A stretch of 60,371 nucleotides of DNA, filler included. It is 7 parts of 7 records of this genome, joined end to end, with 100 filler letters (N's around TTAATTAATTAA, not from the genome) between each part and the next. Parts side by side here need not be neighbours in the genome. Positions count along the whole stretch, not along the records: positions 29,963 to 37,799 come from SRR31156797_15951; positions 37,900 to 45,407 come from SRR31156797_15968; 5 more parts are not named here. The stretch is one strand, 5' to 3'. This document shows, piece after piece, positions 30,499 through 38,169 of the stretch. The notes under the pieces were generated by a model. It did not search any database. It worked only from the letters and a program-made list of their open reading frames with translations, and was not told the DNA's origin. The translations under genes and the position numbers were made by a program. The stretch's first letter is position 1. Every line of letters starts with the position of its first letter.

Positions 30499-30527
30499 TG
30501 ACTACAGGAGCCATTTGAATATGTCAA
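30499..30527 (-). promoter_or_regulatory. Sigma-70-type promoter for leader plus DAHP synthase
   Basis: TTGACA-17 nt-TAGTCA on the minus strand; the -10 match is weak. Confidence 0.55.
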
Positions 30528-30617
30528 GTATTTTATTTTTCCCATCTAACCCGACACCTGCCCCCCATGAGCCATCCACAGTGATTCCCGGGCCTTGCGC
30601 CTCCCGGAGCGGCTAAA

Positions 30618-30655
30618 AGAAGCCATTGAAATTACAGAGGCTTCTATGGTATATT
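30618..30655 (+). promoter_or_regulatory. Putative promoter with overlapping inverted repeat for the three-gene operon
   Basis: TTGAAA-18 nt-TATATT with an extended TG; inverted repeat AGAAGCC-N14-GGCTTCT spans the -35. Confidence 0.4.
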
Positions 30656-30740
30656 CCATATCTTTGTTTATGAAGCAGTGCGAACCGGCACACACTCCCC
30701 AAGGGGAGATACTGGTGAAGGGATAGAGGAGAAAAAGTGT

Positions 30741-32612
30741 ATGGGGCGTTTTGATGAGTTTGAGCTCACCATCAAAAAAATCCGTGAGTTTCCATTGACC
30801 TATGAGACAGTCATTCCAAAGGAGTGCAGTTTTTTCCAGGATGTGAGGCGTTATCAAAGCGTCACTTCCCACCTGGACATCAGGGTTATCAACGTTGACG
30901 GTCTCATAACCCTGGAACCGGACATGGAACAGGTTCCCATGTCAAAGCTGACCGCGGCCGAGAAAAAGGAGTTCATCGACTACCTGAAGATCAGGGTGAC
31001 CAGGGGAGACAACATCGGCTCTTCCTGGGCCTTTTTCCGGTCCCAGGAAAAGAAAAAAGGCATCATTGCCTATGGCGCCAACATCGTGCACAGGGATTCC
31101 GTAACGGGCCAGGACCGGGCAAGACGGCTCTTGACCATCCTCCAGGGCAGCAAGGTCCGGAGCCACGGCCTGAAACGGCTGGGGGCGGCCCTGGCCGTTA
31201 CCTGCCTTATGGCCGCGGCAACCCTGGGCATCTATAAATATGTATACGTGGAAAAACGGTTTCCCTTTAAAAGCCTGACATCCACCATGGATACGCCGGA
31301 AATGGCCTTCTATGAGATGATGTTTCCCCAGGTGTACCAATGGAAGACCGATGAACGGCCATTTATCAAAAAGATCGCCGACGACCTGCTGCGGCCCGAG
31401 TATGTCAGCGACCTCCTGTCAACCATGGACAAGGGGTTTTACGGAGGAGAGCACGGCAAGGACAACAACCAGGGGAACCGGCTGGCCCTGTTTGTCTATT
31501 TCAATTACAACACCGACGTGGCAAAGGCCATGGAGCGCTACGAGACAAAACTCCGGGGCACCGAGTTCATGCGCCTTGCCCGCATCTATTCGACGAAACA
31601 GTCCGGATATTCCAGCAACATCTTCTACTTCAAGGTGGGGGACCTCAATCTCAAGCGTGCCGAACTCTCCAACTTCCTGAAAAAGAACATGATCTCCTAC
31701 CGGGACTACACCAAACTCCGGGACGCCAATGAGTTTTCGGAACTGCTCCGGAAGGACGGCATCAGTTTCAAGATGAAAAGCTTTCTCGAGGATGTGTACA
31801 CCTTTACCCCCCTGCGGATAGACGAGCCCCTGGAGAACATCGACTGGTATCTGCTGACCCAGCAGGACAAGGTTGGCAACCTTGACTTTGCCGCCTTTTT
31901 CCAGCGGGGCAAGGCCACCCTGGTGCCAAGGCGCCTGGGGGATCACCTGCTCAACACCAAGGCCCCCAAGGATGTCGCCTGGTTTCCCATCGACGACGCC
32001 CAGGCCCGGCGGCTCAACCTGTCGGAAGACTCCCTGACCTATTTCACCAAGTCCATGGGCCAGGCCCTGAAACTGGACGTGGTCAAGGAGAAGATCGAAG
32101 GGCTGGGGCTGAAACCCGCGGACCACCTGCTGCCGGTCACCGTGCACAGGGAACTGCTCATGAGCGATTCCAAGGGCAAATACGGCATCCAGTGCTACGA
32201 TCCGGTCACAAGCCTCGTGCTCTCCAACCTGATCACCAAGTCCTCATTTGAGCGGGAAAACAACCTGTCGTTGAAGCGGGATCCCATCCAGGTGAACACC
32301 ACCCTGGTCCAGCTCTCCAAGGACGACAGCTTTTCCAACCAGTCCATCACCATCACCCCGGGCAAGACCGGCATTGCCAGACTGTTTGAGCCGGTGGACA
32401 GCTTTAAGGCCAGGTTCAGTGACGGACGGTCCGCCACCTTTGAAAAGGCCACGGTCAACCTCTTCAATCCCTTTTCCTTCATGGTGTTCAAAGACAGCAT
32501 CACCTTCAGCTTCAAGCACGACATCACGGACATGGAACTGGACCTCGGAGACACCCGGCTGAAAATCGTTAAATCCGAAGACGGAAACCACCAGATCCTA
32601 GAGATCAATTAA
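30741..32612 (+). CDS. Single-pass membrane protein of unknown function (SrfA-position component)
   Basis: RBS GAGGAG before the ATG at 30741; ~145-aa N-terminal domain, TM LGAALAVTCLMAAATLGIY, large C-terminal domain; strong coding codon bias. Confidence 0.75.
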   Translation: MGRFDEFELTIKKIREFPLTYETVIPKECSFFQDVRRYQSVTSHLDIRVINVDGLITLEPDMEQVPMSKLTAAEKKEFIDYLKIRVTRGDNIGSSWAFFRSQEKKKGIIAYGANIVHRDSVTGQDRARRLLTILQGSKVRSHGLKRLGAALAVTCLMAAATLGIYKYVYVEKRFPFKSLTSTMDTPEMAFYEMMFPQVYQWKTDERPFIKKIADDLLRPEYVSDLLSTMDKGFYGGEHGKDNNQGNRLALFVYFNYNTDVAKAMERYETKLRGTEFMRLARIYSTKQSGYSSNIFYFKVGDLNLKRAELSNFLKKNMISYRDYTKLRDANEFSELLRKDGISFKMKSFLEDVYTFTPLRIDEPLENIDWYLLTQQDKVGNLDFAAFFQRGKATLVPRRLGDHLLNTKAPKDVAWFPIDDAQARRLNLSEDSLTYFTKSMGQALKLDVVKEKIEGLGLKPADHLLPVTVHRELLMSDSKGKYGIQCYDPVTSLVLSNLITKSSFERENNLSLKRDPIQVNTTLVQLSKDDSFSNQSITITPGKTGIARLFEPVDSFKARFSDGRSATFEKATVNLFNPFSFMVFKDSITFSFKHDITDMELDLGDTRLKIVKSEDGNHQILEIN

Positions 32613-32644
32613 GGCACAAGGAGCCAAGGAGTATAAACCGTAAC

Positions 32645-34147
32645 ATGAATGCCAATCAAGATCGTCTGATGCAGCTGCGTCAGGATATTGAATCCATTGT
32701 TGATAAACTCGCCACCGTACCGGAAAGCCATGGAGACAAGGCCCGGAAGGCCATTGACCTGTGCCGGGACTGCCTCCACGGCATCCCCTCCGTGGATACC
32801 CCGGTGTACGTCCATATCACGGGCACGGATAAATCCTTTAAGACAAGCTACCTTTTGGATCTCTTCGATAATGATGAACTGAGACAGATCTTTTCCGTCA
32901 AGATGCGCACCACCTCGGAAAACACGGCCGTGCCCTGCCTGGTGGAACCCTCCGCCCGGGTGAAAAACGTCACCGTCAGCCAGGTGGCCATCTCTTCGGG
33001 GAGGGTGATCCGGGAAGACCTGAGCCAGAAGGAGTTCAACCGGCTCTATGACCTCTCCAACGGCGCCAACCCGGACGACTATCTTCTCCGGGTGGAAATT
33101 CCGGCCGACGCCACCCCCATGACCCTGCCGGTGATCGAGTATCCGGGCATCAAGGAGGGCGCCGATGCCATGGACCGGCAAAAGGAGCTTCACCGGCTCT
33201 TCCAGCAGAACATGCTGGACACCCTGGTGAAATATCCGGGGATCCTTGTGACCTGCTTCCAGCACAAGATCGCCATTCCCCCGGGCCATCCTTTGGATGC
33301 CATCCTGAAGAAATACGGGGATGTGCTCAAGACCAACCAGTCCCACCACAAGCTTCCTTTGGTGATCTCCATGCAGGGGGACAGCGCCATTGCAAGCTAT
33401 TGCGGCAACACCAACGTGGAGCAGGATATCCAGAGCGATTTCCAGAGCTACCGGAACTTTGAGACCATAATCCAGCTGGTCAACCCCTGCAATCTCAACT
33501 ATCCGGTCAACTTTGTTGCGCCCGGGCCCCACGTGGACACCTGGATCCGCAACCTCTCCAGATACCGGGACATTGAAGAAATCCGGGAGCAGGTGCTCCT
33601 GGACGGCGGCATCTCCTGGTCCCGGCGCCTGCTCAAGGAACTGTGCACCTCCTCCTATATCCGGGAAGCCCTGGACAACCTGTTCCTGCGGCCCTGGATC
33701 GTGGAGGCCACCGAGATCCATGGCCAGGCCATGGACTGCTACCAGGAGATCATCAACTATGATGAAAAGGCGGAGATCAAGGAACGGATGCGCCAGGCCA
33801 TTCTCAACGACTCCTACCGCTCCCTGCGGCAGTTCTTTGAGTCGGAACTGGCCTATTCCCAGGAGGGGATCATCCACAACCACGAGGAGTTCTGGGGCAC
33901 CATCTTCTCCTCTTACCTGGAGCAGTTTGTAAGGGATATCGAGCGGAGCAAGGCCATTGCCAAGGTCATGTGGAACGTCTTGTTTCAGCGGCTCGACCCG
34001 GATAGAAAGGGATTCCTCGGCGCCCAGGAAAAGGATCTTCCCTACATCATCATGAACATGGCCGAACTGTATGTCCCCAATGCACTGCTGCGGGGGGATT
34101 ATGTCCTTATGGAAAAGGATATGGAGGATACGAACCATGCTGTTTAA
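32645..34147 (+). CDS. Degenerate dynamin-like/SrfC-like P-loop GTPase
   Basis: VHITGTDKSFKTSYL (G1, with G to F), ENTAVPCLVE (G2-like), LPVIEYPG (G3, DxPG to EYPG), helical C-terminus. Confidence 0.6.
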   Translation: MNANQDRLMQLRQDIESIVDKLATVPESHGDKARKAIDLCRDCLHGIPSVDTPVYVHITGTDKSFKTSYLLDLFDNDELRQIFSVKMRTTSENTAVPCLVEPSARVKNVTVSQVAISSGRVIREDLSQKEFNRLYDLSNGANPDDYLLRVEIPADATPMTLPVIEYPGIKEGADAMDRQKELHRLFQQNMLDTLVKYPGILVTCFQHKIAIPPGHPLDAILKKYGDVLKTNQSHHKLPLVISMQGDSAIASYCGNTNVEQDIQSDFQSYRNFETIIQLVNPCNLNYPVNFVAPGPHVDTWIRNLSRYRDIEEIREQVLLDGGISWSRRLLKELCTSSYIREALDNLFLRPWIVEATEIHGQAMDCYQEIINYDEKAEIKERMRQAILNDSYRSLRQFFESELAYSQEGIIHNHEEFWGTIFSSYLEQFVRDIERSKAIAKVMWNVLFQRLDPDRKGFLGAQEKDLPYIIMNMAELYVPNALLRGDYVLMEKDMEDTNHAV

Positions 34148-35888
34148 TCTTTTTAAACGAAAAAAACCATCCATTGACGAGTTCAACCTGGAGCTTGAAG
34201 ATGATGACAAGCTCTACTATGAAACCATTGCCGGCCGCACCCCCAGGGACCCCAACAACCGTGAGGAGTACATCCTGTTCGTGGACTTCGGCTCCTACCG
34301 CACCTCGGTGCTCTGCTGGCCCTGCAGCTTTGGCAGGGACAAGATCACCGACTCCTGGCAGTACGTGGTCAACTGCAAAGACGGGGACCAGGGCGGCTTT
34401 CCCTCGGCATTCATCAACCCGCCCTCCGGGGATGACCGGGATTTCGCCTTTGTTGCCAACATGGGCGAAGAGGCCGTCAGTTCCAGCCAGATCGTAAAAA
34501 GCGCAAAATACGTGTTTGCCAGCAAGTTTGCCGCCTACAAGGGCAACGTGCCCCAGTTCAAGCTCTATATAAAAAAGGTGCTGGAGGAGAGCTTCAAATT
34601 CATCACCGAGCCCAAGGAGGGCAGGCCCTGGAACGGACCGGCCATCCCCACCATCACCGAAATCCGGGTCACGGTGCCCGATCTTTTCATCGAGAACCTG
34701 CGGAACGGCTACCGGGAAAACATCTTTTCCGTGTGCATGGACCTTGCCAACCACAACAAGTGGGGCCAGCTGTTTCCCGATAATCTCAGGCACCTGCGAA
34801 AAACCTTTGTCAACATCTCAGCCGATGAAAACGGCGCCTGTGAGCTCTATTTTCTCAACCTGCTCAAACTGATGCCCTTCTGGGAGCTGTCCAGCCACAA
34901 GGACAGGAGCCCGGACCTCAAGGAGGTGGACTTCCTCTTTTCCCAGAACCGGCTCTTGAACCAGGAGAAGAAAAAGCTGAACTTTGTGGTGTGCCACATC
35001 GATATCGGGGGCCTTACCACCGACGCCAGCATCCTTCTGATCAACACTTACCAGGACCCGGCCATTGGCATCACCACGGCCCTGAAACGAAAAGAGTCGT
35101 TCTCCGAGAAAAAGGCGGGCGAGTATTTTGCCCAGCGGTATGCCGAGACAAAACTGCCCGAGGAGGAAGGCCGGTGGTGGGAATCGGAACGGTTCATGGA
35201 AAAGGAGTTTTCCCGGTTCCTGGAGCTGCTGTTCGGCAAGCAGGCAGCGCTTCTCACGGAATGGCGAAAGGAAAAGGAGCTGAACGGCATCTATTTTCTC
35301 ATCTCGGGCAGGCCCACCAAGGCCGAGCTTGTGAGAAAAACCATCCAGCGCCATATCCTCAAGGAGTTCAACAAGGAGGAGCTGATCCTGCTGCCGGAAC
35401 ACTGCCTGTTCATGGCCGACTATTACCATGTGGGCAAGAACCAGGAAGGGGAACGCTATGCCAAGAAGATCGACCATTTTGAAAAGCTCATCACCCTGCT
35501 GGGCAATGTCTACACCCTGTACGACGGGTATGAGATCGACTTTGAGGATCATAAATACTATATCTCCCTGGATGTGGACACACGGACCACCAGCCAGATG
35601 GAGGTGATGCCGGGCAAGCTGTACAACATGGAAGAGTTTGAGAACTACCAGAAAGCGGCCCAGCGAAACAATGTCAACCACCTGGCCTTTACGCGGATTT
35701 CGGCGGGGGAAAACGCCACCCGGTTTCTCACGGTGAAAAAGATCGCCCGGCAGACCGCCTATCCCAGCATCAAGGTGGCGGAAACCAATGAATGCGACGA
35801 CCAGGCCTGGATCATGCCCTCCCTGGTGATCACCAACCTGGAGCAGAACGAGCAGTCCTTTGACCTTGCCTGGGACGCCCACGAGTAA
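34137..35888 (+). CDS. Hsp70/actin-fold ATPase, SrfB-like
   Basis: LFVDFGSYRTSV (phosphate 1), ISADENGA (connect 1), HIDIGGLTTDASI (phosphate 2), LISGRPTK (adenosine); RBS GGAGGA; overlaps the upstream stop. Confidence 0.75.
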   Translation: MLFNLFKRKKPSIDEFNLELEDDDKLYYETIAGRTPRDPNNREEYILFVDFGSYRTSVLCWPCSFGRDKITDSWQYVVNCKDGDQGGFPSAFINPPSGDDRDFAFVANMGEEAVSSSQIVKSAKYVFASKFAAYKGNVPQFKLYIKKVLEESFKFITEPKEGRPWNGPAIPTITEIRVTVPDLFIENLRNGYRENIFSVCMDLANHNKWGQLFPDNLRHLRKTFVNISADENGACELYFLNLLKLMPFWELSSHKDRSPDLKEVDFLFSQNRLLNQEKKKLNFVVCHIDIGGLTTDASILLINTYQDPAIGITTALKRKESFSEKKAGEYFAQRYAETKLPEEEGRWWESERFMEKEFSRFLELLFGKQAALLTEWRKEKELNGIYFLISGRPTKAELVRKTIQRHILKEFNKEELILLPEHCLFMADYYHVGKNQEGERYAKKIDHFEKLITLLGNVYTLYDGYEIDFEDHKYYISLDVDTRTTSQMEVMPGKLYNMEEFENYQKAAQRNNVNHLAFTRISAGENATRFLTVKKIARQTAYPSIKVAETNECDDQAWIMPSLVITNLEQNEQSFDLAWDAHE

Positions 35889-35913
35889 TCGATCCGACCG
35901 TTGCTGATTTTAT

Positions 35914-35938
35914 GGCCTGGGGAGCCCCTCCCCAGGCC
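35914..35938. terminator. Hairpin at the end of the operon
   Basis: Perfect 11-bp stem GGCCTGGGGAG-CCC-CTCCCCAGGCC between convergent genes; no strong U tract. Confidence 0.55.
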
Positions 35939-36026
35939 TGTTCCCTTCCGGAAAAGACCATGGGCTCGCACGTACGCCCGGATAAAGCGGCCATGATGGC
36001 GGCGAATTTGACGGGCTTGATACCCA

Positions 36027-37517
36027 TCATACGTAGGCCTGAATAAAGCCGCCCAAATACTTTCCTGTCCTGACGGCGGAATCCAGGATCTCGAGAAACG
36101 CCCCATCATCGATCTCAACAAGGGTTTCCGTCATCCGGATGAGCCCTTCCAGGTTATGGCCCGCGTCCGAGGCCACCGTGAGGAAGCTGTGCCGGGCCAA
36201 AGCGATCCGGTCATCCCCGGGATCCGCTTCCTGTTTTTCCCTCAGTTTCTCTCCCAGTACATTGGTGATGTTCATGAAATCGCTGAGCAGCCCGGGCTCG
36301 GCCGTGGCGCTTGCCCCAAGGAAATGTTCCCGGTCCTTTCCCTTCAGCTCCCGGGTCAACCCGATCAGGTTCGAAAAAGTACCGGCAGGAGCGCTGGTGG
36401 CGGCGATTCCCGCAGTCCGGATAAAGTTTTTCAGGGGTTCCCCCCCAAGATCACGCCCCCCCCCCAGGAACGCTTTCTGTTCTCCCCGGGTGGCGGCCCT
36501 GAGCACCTCCAGAAGATCCCCGGTGGCTTCTGCCGCGCCGGCGGCCATTTTAAAAAAACCGGCTCTCTCGTCCCCTTCCATGGCTTCAACCCGGGACCGG
36601 AGTGCCGCCGGATCGGCGGCCGTGCGGGAGGCGATCCCAAGAAGCGTTTTCCTGTCTTCCCCGGTCAGCTCCCGGGTCCTGTCAATGCGCGCGCAGATGG
36701 CCTTTTCCCCGGCCCCGTCCATCATGGAAATAAAATCGGCCAGGGCCGCTCCGGAATCCTGGGCATTGATATAGGCCAGGATTTTGCTGCCGGTCTTCCG
36801 GGAGACATCCTGGATCGTTGAAATCAGGATCATCACATTCTGGGCGCTCCGGGCCGCAGCGGACAGAAAGCCGGACAAGTCCTTTCCCCCGGAGTCTTCG
36901 GAGTCTTCCAGGCGCCTGTCCACCTCCTTGATCAAGATTGAGAGATCTTCACCGGCCATGGCCGCGGCCGACAGATAGTTGCCCAGCTCCTTGCCCAGCA
37001 GTTGTGAGGCGGTATCAATCATGCGGTCCAGATCCCGGGGAGCGTTGTGAATGGCGGTCAGGAAATCCCGCACCCCCTCTTCCGGCAGCTTTTCCGCCAA
37101 AGAAAGAACCCCCTTGCGCTGCCGGCCGGAAAGACGGCGGGTGGTATCGATAAATTTCCCAACACGGTCTCCGGTCTTCACCACGGCCAGAAGAAAGTCC
37201 GACCGCTCCTTTTCGCTGAGCTGTGACACCACATCGTTCAATGTCGTTTCCAACACCCCGAGGGTGACCGCAAGTTCCCTGAGTTCCCCCCGGTCCCTCT
37301 CTTTGACCGCCCGGTCATAGGCAGACGCCACCTGGCTCCGGGAATCCTCATCCGAACCGTCCTTTCCTGAAGAAGCCGCTTCCACGGCCTGGGAAGGGGA
37401 TGCCCCCTGGGTAACGGATGAACTCGCCTGGTTCCTGGTGCCGCAGTTCTCAGCTGAAGTGGTGTGCAATGGATTGGAGGAGTAAGAATTTACTGCTGCC
37501 AGCTTAATTGACCCCAT
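36027..37517 (-). CDS. Hypothetical alpha-helical repeat protein with Ser/Ala-rich disordered N-terminus
   Basis: RBS GGAG before MGSIKL at 37517; recurring ~29-aa units of the form LxGxx(R/L)xxFLxAA....Lxx(L/F)I. Confidence 0.65.
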   Translation of the reverse strand: MGSIKLAAVNSYSSNPLHTTSAENCGTRNQASSSVTQGASPSQAVEAASSGKDGSDEDSRSQVASAYDRAVKERDRGELRELAVTLGVLETTLNDVVSQLSEKERSDFLLAVVKTGDRVGKFIDTTRRLSGRQRKGVLSLAEKLPEEGVRDFLTAIHNAPRDLDRMIDTASQLLGKELGNYLSAAAMAGEDLSILIKEVDRRLEDSEDSGGKDLSGFLSAAARSAQNVMILISTIQDVSRKTGSKILAYINAQDSGAALADFISMMDGAGEKAICARIDRTRELTGEDRKTLLGIASRTAADPAALRSRVEAMEGDERAGFFKMAAGAAEATGDLLEVLRAATRGEQKAFLGGGRDLGGEPLKNFIRTAGIAATSAPAGTFSNLIGLTRELKGKDREHFLGASATAEPGLLSDFMNITNVLGEKLREKQEADPGDDRIALARHSFLTVASDAGHNLEGLIRMTETLVEIDDGAFLEILDSAVRTGKYLGGFIQAYV

Positions 37518-37573
37518 GCTGTTGTTCTCCGCTTTTGATGGTGCAGTTAAGTATATATGCCACAACGAGATAA

Positions 37574-37601
37574 CTATCGGAAACAGGTAGTCATAACTTT
37601 A
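37574..37601 (-). promoter_or_regulatory. Putative sigma-28 (FliA) promoter
   Basis: Minus strand TAAAGTTA-N12-TCCGATAG versus consensus TAAAGTTT-N11-GCCGATAA. Confidence 0.5.
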
Positions 37602-37686
37602 GTAAAAAGTCAAACAATGACAGATTAAAAAAACCCTGTTTTTTGTAAAAGTATTAAATTAACATTATCTAACCCGCATTTTTTTG

Positions 37687-37715
37687 TTGACATGGCACCC
37701 CGTTAGCGGTATAAA
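37687..37715 (+). promoter_or_regulatory. Sigma-70 promoter of the tRNA
   Basis: TTGACA-17 nt-TATAAA. Confidence 0.8.
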
Positions 37716-37772
37716 CCCCAAATCGAACGCGGGGTTTCAAACGGAACCAGCGGCCGATAAACAAGCTGGAAT

Positions 37773-37799
37773 GCCGAAGTGGTGGAATTGGTAGACACG
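37773..37799 (+). tRNA. tRNA-Leu, 5' fragment (truncated by contig end)
   Basis: GCCGAAGTGGTGGAATTGGTAGACACG is the typical 5' acceptor strand and D-arm of tRNA-Leu; the anticodon is not visible. Confidence 0.8.
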
Positions 37800-37899
37800 N
37801 NNNNNNNNNNNNNNNNNNNNNNNNNNNNNNNNNNNNNNNNNNNTTAATTAATTAANNNNNNNNNNNNNNNNNNNNNNNNNNNNNNNNNNNNNNNNNNNN

Positions 37900-37980
37900 C
37901 TTCGACTTCGCTCAGTAACCAATATTAAGATTAGTTAAGATAGGTAATTAGCCTACTTAATGAATCTTAAACTCTTAATA
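37900..37980. repeat. Palindromic intergenic element, copy 1 (truncated at contig start)
   Basis: CTTCGACTTCGCTCAGTAACCAATATTAAGATTAGTTAAGA...CTTAATGAATCTTAAACTCTTAAT; near-identical to 40464-40543. Confidence 0.85.
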
Positions 37981-38054
37981 TTTAAAAATACAATGATTCT
38001 TTTAAGATTATCACCTTCCGAAATCACAATGAAAACTTGAAAAAATGAAATGTA

Positions 38055-38110
38055 AACTATTAAGTATAGTTAAGATCGCTAATTTGTTAGCTTAATGATT
38101 CTTAATGGTT
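38055..38110. repeat. Shorter related palindromic element
   Basis: AACTATTAAGTATAGTTAAG...CTTAATGATTCTTAATGGTT. Confidence 0.7.
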
Positions 38111-38169
38111 GAAAAGAATTCTCATTGTTATTTTACTGAAAAAACGTAAATTGTACAAAACTTACAGCT

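Noticed and set aside
32609-34210. 533-aa minus-strand ORF, and similar long antisense ORFs (3609-4643, 20357-21412, 28473-29918, 34818-35882)
   Set aside because: Shadow ORFs opposite real genes, caused by GC3-rich codon bias; no motifs or RBS.
30741-37799. Operon as a tRNA-integrated genomic island
   Set aside because: It lies on the 5' side of the tRNA, and no integrase or att duplication is visible.
37900-38110. Repeats as a possible CRISPR array
   Set aside because: No regular repeat-spacer periodicity, copies are imperfect palindromes, and no cas genes are present.
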